Below, piece after piece: positions 1 to 12,706 of a DNA stretch of 34,957 bases. Position 1 is the first letter of the stretch. Every line of letters begins with the position of its first letter. Origin of the DNA: Paraglomus brasilianum (Eukaryota); assembly GCA_910592345.1 (NCBI GenBank), contig CAJVPI010000332.1, positions 1-34,957 on the forward strand. The letters are read 5' to 3'. Under the pieces are notes generated by a model, which was given only the letters and a program-made list of their open reading frames with translations, was not told the DNA's origin and made no database searches. A program made the translations under genes and the position numbers.

Positions 1-35
1 ATTATGGTGGTGATTGTATAGAGGTTTTATAATTA

Positions 36-104
36 CAGTCACACCTCTATACAATCACCACTTTGAGGTGCAACGGATTTGGTGACTGTAAGGAGGTCTG
101 ACTG
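36..104. mobile_element. Tiny pogo/Tigger-type MITE, or right end of a larger element running off the window
   Basis: CAGTCACACCTCTATACAATCACC (36-59) and GGTGACTGTAAGGAGGTCTGACTG (81-104) are inverted repeats (20/24), flanked by TA on both sides. A further copy of the motif lies at ~9-25. Confidence 0.65.
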
Positions 105-567
105 TAGTATGTTTATGAATAAATTTATTAATAGTTAATGTACTAATTTTTACTACATATAATTTAACCAAATAAAGGAAAAGGAACAAACGTACTTTGG
201 TCTTCTGGACCACCAAGATGAACTAGATGGCCGTCCAAAACATACCTAGCCGTTGTGCTGGGGCGATTACAATTAATCAAAAAAGAAGTCAGGGATGGAA
301 ATAAACCGATCGAATCTGTAAGCGATTACCTAATATAAGTTGTGTACACAATTCCTATTTTTAAACGTCTCACTCAATCTAGCGGCGATTGGACTGACTT
401 CGGTGATCACATCAGCAAGGTGGAAATGTATACGATCCGCTTTGCCGAAGACATGGGGTATATTAAGGCGATGCTAGAGCACAAGTCGAAGGGGAGCCAT
501 TCTCGGAAGAAAACAAAAGCAAGAAGCAAACCCCCGTTTGCCGTGTAACATCGAACATTCTAATATA

Positions 568-989
568 CAGTGTGTAAAGAAATTATTGGCAAAAAAATTG
601 CATAGACTTAAAATCGTATAACTTTCCCAAAAATAAGCCAATTTACGTAAACTTGTTTTTGTTTGATCACGAAAACCTGCTTTTTATTTTTATTAAATGG
701 TGTAATGTCTTTTAGAAGTCACTCCGTTGTTGCTGCGGCACATAAGTCAGAAAATCTTTGGAAGGTTAATGTTAAAGAAACAACATGTTAATTAATTTAG
801 TACAATTGATAAAGTGCAGATATGAGTTAGTTATTGAAAGCAATGGAGAAAGAATAGCATATTAAAATTTTGCTAACAAATTTACTGCATTTTAGCTATC
901 AAACGAGGTATTAATCATGTTTGATTTCTATGGTCATTGTTGCAATCAGGGATCAAATATGTAATTGCCAATAATTTCTTTATACACTA
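568..989. mobile_element. Tc1/mariner-type MITE
   Basis: 25-bp TIRs CAGTGTGTAAAGAAATTATTGGCAA (568-592) / TTGCCAATAATTTCTTTATACACTA (965-989) with 2 mismatches and TA on the left. The internal AGCTATCAAACGAG motif is shared with the Tc1 remnant at ~19.9 kb. Confidence 0.8.
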
Positions 990-1097
990 TCGAATCCAAC
1001 TGAATAAAACAATAAAAATACTTTTATCTGTAATATAGATAATATAACCTGATATGGGCAATTTGTTGATAAGCACATACAAGTTATACAGGTTATA

Positions 1098-1760
1098 CAG
1101 TCAACTCTGGCTATACTAGCATTGCATATACCGGTTTGCCTTTATACTGGTCCAATTTCGCTGAACCAAAAAATTCCATATTAATCTCCCCTTATAATGG
1201 CAGATCTTAATAACTCGGCTCTGGCACAAGTTACATAAAATCATGTAGACCAGTTTACTTTAAATTATATAAAAAGATTTACTTTATACCGGCGATTATT
1301 TGTAAATTGTCACGGCTGATGCGCTGAAGCTGAAACCATGACCTTTCATTGGCTAATCAGATTTTATTCTCTAACCCCATTGGTTAGTTTCAGCTTCAGC
1401 CGGTCAGCATCAGCTCCCACAATAAATGTACAGCCAACCTTTTAATTATTACCATGCCACGCAAGAGAATCTCTGTCCAAAATTTTAATACAGACATAGA
1501 GACACCTAAACGCATTAGAACTTCATTAATAGGGTTGCAGAAAAAAGAAATTTGTCAAATTAAACTAAAAATCCTTCTTTTGCTAATGCAGAAATCGCTA
1601 AATTGTTTGGTTGCAGTACTAGCACCGTTGGTGATGCTATCCGTGAAAGCGGAAAGTGGCTTGCAATAAATATAAATGAGGACGATCATGCTGCTCAACT
1701 TGCAAGAATCTACAACCAAAATGGCCTGCACTTGAACAAGCGATGACTGCGTGATATAGA
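1098..1760 (+). mobile_element. Truncated Tigger/pogo transposon: left TIR plus frameshifted N-terminal HTH domains of the transposase
   Basis: TA-CAGTCAACTCT left end at 1098. From ATG 1454, across frameshifts: KRIRTSLIGLQKKEICQ...NPSFANAEIAKLFGCSTSTVGDAIRESGKWL...PKWPALEQAMTA*, matching the CENP-B-like HTH pair. No DDE domain follows. Confidence 0.8.
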
Positions 1761-2062
1761 AAAAAGAAAAGATAAATCATTTGAAACAAACTCAATTATA
1801 TAAATCATTGTTGATTTCAGCCGAAAAGGTTATCATATGTCGGCCAAACGATCAATAAGAAAATTTATCACCTCACAAAAATTAATTATCGGACCTTTCC
1901 ATTAGAGACTCATTGCATTATTTATGACTTCGTATCAACGTACAGTTATAAACCGCCCAAAATTTGAAACCACTACTACCTGAGCGAAATAGTATATTAA
2001 TATAACTACAGCAATTTGCACATACTAACACTCCTCTTCCTCAACCCCAAACAGCCGACAGT

Positions 2063-2570
2063 ATGAACAACATATATTTTTTCCTCGTTTTGTTAATTGC
2101 ATTTACTTTTCTGATGACTACAACGGTCACAGCTGTTCCTGCCCTAGTAAAGCGAGATTGCTCTGGTGGGTAATTAATAAATGTACAAGTAAAAGACTTT
2201 GTTTCAAGCGTTTTTATGGATAAAGTCTATCCTAACAAACAACACTCAACTTTTTTGACGATTAGGCTTCTCCGTTAGTTATCCAGCTGGCGGTGAAACA
2301 TTAAAGAAAGGTAGTAATCAAAACGTCACTGTCCAAATCGGCTCATCTGGAGTTTATGTGATTACAACCGTCTCCCTATACCATGATGATAATACTTTCG
2401 CTGGTTCATTATTTACATCCGAAGCACCTGTGGATGGCAAAAGCGAGATTAGCGTATGGTTTTATTTAGACAGCGACTTTTCGCCTGGAGAATATTATTA
2501 CGGCGTAGAGGGATTCTATACTCCTACATCAGCTTGCTATACGTACAGTAAATCCTTCAATGTAAAATGA
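2063..2570 (+). CDS. Small secreted protein (135 aa), probable Ig-like beta-sandwich
   Basis: Exons 2063-2165 and 2266-2570 (GTGGGT..TAG intron) give an open frame: MNNIYFFLVLLIAFTFLMTTTVTA signal peptide, LVKR dibasic site, DCSGFSVSYPAGGETLKKGSNQNVTV...SACYTYSKSFNVK, two Cys. Confidence 0.8.
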
Positions 2571-2712
2571 ACAAATTTTGATCTGTACGATTTTTTTCTT
2601 AACATATAATAATTTAAAAATTTTATTACACCCTTGTTATTTGTAATAAAAATTAGTACATTAACTATTAATAAATTTATTCATAATCGTACTACTTACC
2701 GATATGTGTCGT

Positions 2713-2835
2713 GGAGCGTATCTTGGAGTTTTGCGCTCCTTTATTAGTTACACCTACGATTGGACGCTAAAGGTGTGCTTGCACTAACAAGGCAAGGAGC
2801 GTGTCTTGGTGGAGCGTATCTTGGTCGTGTCTTGA
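2713..2835. repeat. Clustered direct repeats of GGAGCGTRTCTTGG (another copy at 3889-3902)
   Basis: Copies at 2713-2726, 2796-2809, 2811-2824, partial at 2826-2835, and 3889-3902. Confidence 0.75.
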
Positions 2836-3108
2836 TAGGCTGTAAATAGAGCCCTTGGTGTAATATTTGTTTGAAAGTTTGTTGTTTAAGGTCTGAGGGT
2901 AGCGTTTTAATCTGTAATATCGACGAGTCCGTAATATCAACTTGTGAGTTTTATATCAGATACTATTTAGCAAACAAATTCCGTTCCAGAGAAAAAGTCT
3001 GTTCCGCTTTCACTGTGTATATTAATATATACCTTCACAAATAAGGGGCGGTCGGATATCACAACAATGTGTACAGATATGTTTTCTATTCTAAATTGAC
3101 TATTGTTA

Positions 3109-3396
3109 CCGTATAGTTCCGAAAATAAGCACCCCCTTTAACAATAGGAGGTCACTACTTCGTGTATTGTGGTGTATATTTATCGATTATTATACATAGT
3201 ATGTCACCCGTCTTTGTTTTCCAAACAAGACGCACTGTCTAAACTGGATGACGATTGTCCGTAAAGGGATGAGTGGTCTTGAATTAGATTGCGATAGATG
3301 ATTTGTCCAATGAGTTGGCCCATCCTAAATTGGGCTAGATATATATTAATATTTCGAATTTACCATATCATTGTGCTTATTCACGAGAGAATACGG
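3109..3396. mobile_element. CCGTA-ended Tc1/mariner-superfamily MITE (288 bp)
   Basis: TA-CCGTATAGTTCCGAAAATAAGCAC (3109-3132) ... GTGCTTATTCACGAGAGAATACGG-TA (3373-3396): degenerate 24-bp TIRs with TA duplication. Confidence 0.7.
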
Positions 3397-3575
3397 TATT
3401 TACGCACGCTCTTTCTATTTCTAGATTAATAGACTTATCTTTAAACGTTTCGTAAAATCGGCTAAACCACTCCTTTATTTAGCAATCGTCTTACAGTCTT
3501 CAACATTTGTTCAATTATGAGTGATCAATCAGAGGATATAGATTCTAATCTACTACCGATGATTCAATTTCAGAT

Positions 3576-3854
3576 CTATGAGTGTACTCGGAGAAGCTCC
3601 CGTATAAGCTGGTCAAAAATGTCTTTGAGCATCTTAGGGGTCTTTAACCCTCTCCTGTAGGAGTTTTGTACCATTGCAAATTCACGAGTTAAGTTGGGGT
3701 GATATCGAGGAAAGTTAATCTGCAATCGTACTCGAAATTCATCTCTCCTGATAGAAGTTAAATGTATGATATTGACGTTCTTCCCACAATTGGGAACTTT
3801 GATAAGATGGTGAATTGTCGGTGTCTTTAATAAATTCTGAACTTCCTTTTCCAT
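3576..3854 (-). pseudogene. Unidentified 92-aa ORF, probably a decayed repeat-associated gene
   Basis: ATG-started ORF. The same frame continues past the stop with protein-like sequence (GSRLESISSD*SLIIEQMLKTVRRLLNKGVV*) interrupted by stops. Confidence 0.25.
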
Positions 3855-4539
3855 TCGCTATATGAAGTGATTTATTTGTGTATGTCTTGGAGCGTATCTT
3901 GGTTGATCAGAAAGTTTGTTGTTTTATCAACACATAAATGCAAAGTTCCTTAGAACACTTGGGCGAATGTATTTTTTTGCAGTGTTCCTTCGGAAATATA
4001 TTTTCAAGTGCTCTACTTCAAGCGGCTGTTCTTCAGGCTTATACAGTCGATTCGATAAATTTTATTATTATTATCTAATTCATGTGTACATCACGTGTAC
4101 AAGTAATAACACTATACTCTTTCATATCTTCATGTCCCTCTTTATTCTCATTTTCGTTCTTGGGTATTACATCTCTAATGATTCGCACTGTCGCACAATA
4201 TTACATACTATGTAAGCAACAACAATAATTGTTATACTTTTCGATAAAATAATGATAATCAAATATATCAGATATATTATTGTTATGTCCTTTAAACTTT
4301 ACGTAGTGCCAATACTCGTTTTAAAGTTACACCGTTTTTCTCATGGTGTTTGCTTCGTGAGAAAATCTTCGGATGGTGTTACACATTCCTGAAAAAAAAT
4401 GCTCGTTTTTGATTATCACCATCAAATTCTTAATAAAAACACTCACGTTCATGACTATTACAGAGTGAGAAAAACACTTTTTGGTGGTCAAATCTGAACA
4501 TAAGCAGTTTGTCAAAAAATATTAAGCAGAGCTTCAAAG

Positions 4540-5773
4540 ATGCTTCACCTATCAACACGCATTAGAACAAGATTATCAGCAGTGAAACGCCTTTCTATGA
4601 CTACAAGGGCGAAGCACAGCGTACCTGACCTTCCGTATGATTACAACGTATATGATGAACATTATCTATGATAGTTGCTCGTTTGCATTGGGCCACTCCA
4701 TAGAAAATGAATGTCATTCATTTTTCACTACAGGCTCTCGAACCAGCTATTTCCGCCGAAATTATGAAAGTACATCATGATAAACATCACGCCGCCTATG
4801 TAAGCGGTTTGAACGTTGCTGAAGAAAAATATGACCAAGCTTTACGTGATGGCGATCTTACCTCACAGATTGCTTTACAGTCAGCGATTAAATTCAATGG
4901 TGGCGGTGAGTCTTATGGAACACTTTTAATTGTCAGCAAGATATACTGTATTATTGAGTTTGATTTGGTTGTATTCCTTCTGGGCAGGCCATATCAATCA
5001 CTCACTCTTCTGGGAAAATCTCGCCCCAGTCTCTAGGGGCGGTGGCGAACCGCCAAAAGGTATGCCTGAAGTCTTACTTCTGTTAATAAGCTTTCTATCA
5101 ACGATTTGAACTTTGAACTTTTTTTGATATATTGTTTTTGTTTAGGGGCCTTGCTTAGTGCAATCCAGAAGGAATTTGGAAGCCTTGAAGACTTCATTTC
5201 TAAATTCAACACTACCACTGCTGCTGTGCAAGGTACGGTGAGATATGAGAGGGGCTTTAGTTAAAAGTTTGACATTCGTGCTAATGAGTTTATATCTGCT
5301 ACCTGATGGCGACTAGGATCCGGATGGGGATGGTTGGTGAGCATTAATTCTTTTTATAGACATAATGTGACTATAAGGAACTAACATTTTATTTTTCGCG
5401 CGAAGGGTTATAATAAGAGCTCCAAGCGAATCGAGATAGTTACTTTACCTAATCAGGATCCTTTGACAAGTGAGCTTATTTACCAGTATTTCAGGCACTG
5501 TTCTTGTTCCGGCAGTATATTCATATTTCCTTCCGCTCTATTCTATGATTGCAGCTCACGTACCGCTCCTGGGTGTTGATGTCTGGGAACATGTATATAA
5601 CTCAGTCCTAACTGTTCTTTCTCGCGCGATTTCCGATAGTTCTAATACTACTTTTCTACTCGGTTTAGGCATACTACCTGCAATACAAAAACGTGCGGCC
5701 AGACTATCTCAAAGCAATCTGGTCTGTGGTCAACTGGAAGACCGTCGCCGAAAGGTTTGCAAAGGCACAATGA
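4540..5773 (+). CDS. SOD2: Mitochondrial manganese superoxide dismutase (8 exons)
   Basis: Exons 4540-4647, 4734-4905, 4988-5059, 5146-5232, 5317-5336, 5406-5469, 5555-5592, 5669-5773. Basic presequence, then [64 protein letters not shown]. Confidence 0.97.
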
Positions 5774-6006
5774 CTGGAATTATAATCCACAATAAAGGGA
5801 CGAAGGTATTATTTGGTCGATGTCGTGAATTTGTACCTCGTGAAATAAATAAATTGTTTCTAAAAGTTTTACCTGATATAGGCTCTTAACAAGAGACAAT
5901 AACATGATAAATCATTTATGTAATACGAAAATGTAAACATGTAATGAACAATTATCAGGCTTATGGATTGATCTTATATCATAGTATCAATCTGAATACA
6001 ATTTTT

Positions 6007-7521
<1,515 letters not shown>

Positions 7522-7679
7522 GATCAATTTTTCGCAAAATGTACTGTCCCGCTCAATTCAAGTAAGCATTGTGGGACAGAACTTTGTTTTGCTTAAAAAG
7601 GGAGACTTCGATAAATCAGAGTGCACATCATACTCTGCAACTGCTATAATAATAAGAATACTGTGTAGTTATTAGGAAA

Positions 7680-9978
7680 ATGGCATCATTTGTTACCAAA
7701 AGAATGACCGAGCGAGAGGAAGAATTTACAGAAGTGCAGACTATTAGGTTTTTGTTATAACCAATTTTCGGATTGTGTTTAACTTATGCACATTTATTTC
7801 TAAGATACTTATTGATAGGCTAATTACCGGCACCTATAATGTTAATGGACAGTTTGCACCAGACAATCTGTCAGTTTGGCTCAATCCTGATTACGAGCCT
7901 GATATATATGCTATAGGGTAAGTTATTGGACATTATGTGCCGATTAATTTTATCGTCTAACCGGATGGTTCGATGATTTGCTTTTTAGGTTTCAGGAATT
8001 AGATCTTTCTCCAGAAGCCTATCTTGTTTATGATGGGACCAAAGAGATTGAATGGACTCACGCGATCCTTTTAGGGCTAGGGGAAAAGGCCAACAAATAT
8101 TATAAGGTAGTTGCATAAATTGATCGAAGCAGAAGCGATTCGATGTATACACTTTTTATCAACTCACTAGATTTTTTGTTTGTATGATTAGCTCGTATCG
8201 AAACAACTGATTGGCATACTCCTTATGATCTTTGTGAAAAAAGAGCAACTTCCCAACATTAAAGATGTTCAAACAGATTCAGTTGGAGTTGGTATGTTGG
8301 GTGTGATGGTATGAATTTGAAAGTTGGTACAAGCTCAATTGTCCGTATTTGATCGCTTGCTGTATTCTATGCCAACTTTTTATATTTCTTTGCTCGTACA
8401 TCCAGGGAAACAAGGGAGCAGTAGCAGCAAGATTACGATTCAGAGACTCTTATCTCTGTTTTGTATGTTGTCATTTGGCGGCCGATCCCGGTCAGCTCGC
8501 TAGGCGAAATCAAGATTACTTAGAAATATGTCGCAGATTAGGGTTTTCCATTAATACAATGGCCTCATTTCCTTCACCGTATAGCTGGGTTGCTGCCAAT
8601 TTACCAGTACCCGCTGCAGCCGCAGCAATGGCAGGAATGGGAGGAATGGGAGGAATGGGAGGAATGATTACTGGTCTTGGGAAAGACAACACGGGTTTAG
8701 TATCTATATTTGATAGTGAGTAAGTATCGCATTGATGTCAAATGCTCATCGAAGAATTTATTATATATATGTGAGAGTTTATATACTGATTATGCGAAAC
8801 CTAGTCATCTGATTTGGATGGGGGATCTAAATTATCGTATCGAAACTTTGCCAGAGTCTGAAGTGAAGACTATGCTCGAGAATAATGATATGCAATTATT
8901 GCTAAATTTTGACCAGGTTAGAGGAACATCGTATATTTGACTTGCTATGCGAATTATGTACTAACTTTTCCGTTTGCCGAACATTTACAGCTTAATATGC
9001 AGAGAAGAGCCAAGTTGGCGTTTAACGAATTCGAGGAGGGGGATGTAACCTTTCCACCAACTTATAAATATGATATAGGAAAAACTGTCTACGATACAAG
9101 GTAAGCAGGATGGTCTGACTCGTTGACTCAAACACAACTACATGTACCACTCGGCATATGTGTCACGTTTATGGTTTTATTTTACACTTTTATCAATACG
9201 TTTTTTACAAATAATAGTGAGAAAAGAAGATCTCCAGCATGGACAGATAGGATATTGTGGAGAAGCAAGCAAAATGATTTCATCAAACAGGTTTATTATA
9301 CAGATCATATGGATATTATAGCAAGTGACCACAAACCGGTCAGTGCCGCGTTCGAGATGAAGGTAAGTTGTTTGCATTCAAAGCATGATTGATAGTCGAT
9401 AGCATTTACTGACATTTATTTATTAAAGGTCAAAATTATACATCCAGACAAACAAGCTAATGTTCACAGTAGCGTGGTTAGAGAATTGGACAAGCTCGAG
9501 AATGAGCGTATACCAGATGCAACTGTCTCCACTAACCAAGTCGATTTTGGTAAACTGACGCCAGATATGCTACCAAAGAGCGAGATTCTGATAATAGAAA
9601 ATACTGGCAAGGTACTTGGGATTCTGTGGCTTGTTATGTAGAGCTAAATGATGGTATTCTAAGTTGTCTTTTGTTTAAGGTGCCTGTCAAATTCACGTTC
9701 ATTCCCAAGTTTGGCGAGGTTTCTGTCAGCCAGTCGTGGTTGATTGTTGAACCCATAAATGGAGAAATACCGCCAGGTACATGTCTGTGCTGACAATTAA
9801 CCTGCAAGTTTATTATGCCCTCACTACATATTGCTTTTGTTGTTTATCCACAGGCAACAAACAGGATATAAAACTGACAGTACAGTCATCAACTGATGAA
9901 CTACAATTTGAGGATATTCTAATTTTACACTTAGAACATGGGAAAGATCATTTTATAACCGTTACTGGTGAACAATAA
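7680..9978 (+). CDS. OCRL/INPP5B-like inositol polyphosphate 5-phosphatase with C-terminal ASH domain (multi-exon)
   Basis: GTYNVNG, GFQELDLS, GNKGAV, CCHLAA, WMGDLNYRI, FPPTYKYD, PAWTDRILW, SDHKPV, then ASH-like VRELDKLENERIP...IENTGK...EDILILHLEHGKDHFITVTG. Confidence 0.92.
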
Positions 9979-10177
9979 ACTATAATTATATATGATAATC
10001 TATTAACTATGCAGAAACACCTAATGGTCGTTTACTGAGAGTAGAAGCAAAAGAGAACGAACAAGTTGACCAATATTGTTATCATTACAATAAAATCGAA
10101 GTCAAACACTTCGATACATACTTTAAATTGAATTTACTTTTTATAATCGTAATCTCGAGACATTATTTCTAAACACA

Positions 10178-11969
10178 TTATTGTTCATCTCTTGGCATTC
10201 GCATCCACCGAACATCTCCATCTTCCCTGCGTTCAGTTAAACATGTAATACACCCACATGTCTCTGGAGCTTCATTCTTGCAATGAATCTTCCAACACTG
10301 CCCACAAAACCTCCTTAGCAACGGAGTTGGAGTAATGTTCACCATCCCACCACCCCGAAAGTCTCTGTCTGCTCTATCTGTCCTCAGTGATAGGAAATCA
10401 GAATATCGTATGTAGGAAATATTTTCTATTATTTCTGGAAGATATGCAGCTGAATTGGAAGATATAAACAGCCCGCAGAGTTCGCAGAGATAGCCTGATC
10501 GAAGATACTCGCGAACCGTATTTGTCACCAAGTGTCCAGCCAGCGAGTTGATATTCATGTGTTTGTAATGAAATGATGATAGAGATTCGAAAGATGATGA
10601 ACAACGAGAAATTAAGCATGGCGGTTTGCAAGGCATTTTCCCGACTAATATATTCCGTGCACACAGATCCATTAATCGAGGAATGTAAGGAATGTCTTGT
10701 ATCTGCACATTGATCCCGACCTTATGCGCATTGGCTTTACGTAGGGGGTTGAGTTCTATTCCAAGAAGACTTGTTGTCTTTGGAATTTGAATTATATATG
10801 GGGGAAATGATGTGAATTGGTTATGCGATATACGGAGTACTACCAAGTTTCTGAATAGCAAAATCTCTGGTGGTAGGTCTAAATAGTAATAGAACAAGTA
10901 AATAATAATCCATCCTTAATGTTTGTCGTTTAGAAAGACATCTTTACCGGTTAGATTGTTTTTCGACAGATCTAAAACAGAAAGAAAGTCTGGTTCCCAT
11001 CTTGAGGAGTCCAAAGTCTTTGAAAACGAATTGTAGTAGCTAGCCACACAATCCATCAATCTCAAATGCCATGGATATTGTGATAATTTCATCTTTCTCA
11101 GAGATAATGTTTTATGTGGAGAAAGCATCAACAGTCGTTCTATCTCGTTTACGACCTGAGTTTCTTTCGACGAATCAATTGGCGGAGGCTTCTGTTTAAA
11201 TATAAAATTATAAGTAGACTGTTTTGAAGTAAAATTCTTGAACGTATGCATTGACGAAATTACCAATTCGTATAGCGTAATTATCCTCTCCCACATTTTT
11301 AATAGATTTTGTGCTTTTTGTTGAACGACTGTACAGGCTTTGGCTTCCGTTGTCTTGAGCTTCTTTCGATATTCCTTGTTGTACGATGCTGACGTTATGA
11401 ATCGATTGAGATCGAGAATAAACCTAGCTGATAAACATAAAGACGCGTAAGATATCTCTGGCCATGATAATCAAGTGACTCTTTCGACATATAATGCATA
11501 CCCAGAACAGGCGTAAAAATATCTAAAGATGTCAGGTTTGATTTGAGGGATGTCTCAAGTGCCTGTATTGCTAAATATAAGAGGAAGCTTGATCAGTTGA
11601 CCATCCAGCCTTCAGCATAATCACAATCGCATTTCTCAGCTTTCCAAAACAAACATCTCATCTTCATTTACCACTCAAAAGTTCACCCCAAACCTTTTCT
11701 CCCATATTTCTACTATCAAGAACCCGCCGTGCATTGATCACCGGTAACATCCACTTTTCATATTTCTTGTGCATAGACAGTCGATGAGTATCCTCTTTCT
11801 TATCGTTGTACTGTTTATATTCTGTGTACTCGGTTTCATCTTGATCTGATTCGTCCGTTTCGGATTCACTCTGCGATGGGGAAGAAGATAGTGAAGTTCC
11901 AGAAGATGACGAATGCGAGGAAGAGAATAAAGTGTGGGCACTGGTTGTACGGTGATTTTTGACAACCAT
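10178..11969 (-). CDS. Leucine-rich-repeat protein with BC-box-like motif and C-terminal Cys Zn-finger (LRRC58/LRRC28/LRR1-like)
   Basis: Five exons splice in frame from ATG 11969. LRRs LSVLDLSKNNLT / LPPEILLFRNLVVLRISHNQFTSFP / LNPL, then IPRLMDLCARNI, VREYLRSGYLCELCG, PLLRRFCGQC, CGCITC. Confidence 0.75.
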
Positions 11970-12097
11970 TTATTCTTTGATCAGTCAAACCAATGAGGCA
12001 TATTTTGATCGTTTAAACACGAGATCGATCGTCTTATTAAGAAATGCCCATAAAGTTATCCTAATACTAACCAACAAATAATAATAGCGATAGTACC

Positions 12098-12629
12098 CCA
12101 GTTTTGTTGCAGGAGCGTGACTATTGTATTACATCTTCCGCCAATTAAAATCTTGTATCTCCTGTGTACATTTCCCATACAGTTAAAGAGTCGTTATCCC
12201 TGTCTAACTATGCTTTTTTTTTTTACTATCTTTATTTAGTAGACAATCGTACGATTATAACTATGACGTATTCAACGTAATTAACTATCTGCGAGATTAC
12301 GAAGTATCATATCGCATGATTGATACATTGTCAAGGTCATTGTAGTTTAAAAATAGAACAAGTTTATGTATCATCCAATTATTAATCGAAGTTTGGAGAG
12401 AGAACCCCAAGTTTCTAAAATATAATCGCTCAATCCTGAATATAACGATAGTTGTGTAATCGAAGCTACCATTGAAGACCAAGAAGGCGAAAAGTCCCTC
12501 CGTGAACTGCATAGATAGAATATTATCTTCACAGGTCAAACTGTAACTTCTCGAAAATTCGTAGATGACAAAGATTTTAACTGGTGGGAGGTGTAATACA
12601 GAAATCACGTTCACGCAACAAAAAACTGG
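12098..12629. repeat. Degenerate ~65-bp inverted repeat pair (12098-12160 / 12563-12629) in a divergent intergenic region
   Basis: CCAGTTTTGTTGCAGGAGCGTGACTATTGTATTACATCTTCCGCCAATTAAAATCTTGT aligns with the reverse complement CCAGTTTTTTGTTGCGTGAACGTGATTTCTGTATTACACCTCCCACCAGTTAAAATCTTTGT. Confidence 0.65.
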
Positions 12630-12706
12630 TTAAAGATTTACCACGTGACTTACATATCCAACAGAAGGAAAATTTTCTGTGCAGTCTTTCTAAAATATCA
12701 TTTACT

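Noticed and set aside
12570..12600. KILxGGRCN resemblance to the HI0933/YhiN flavoprotein motif in both inverted-repeat arms
   Set aside because: Too short, lacks one Gly and has no flanking similarity; probably chance.
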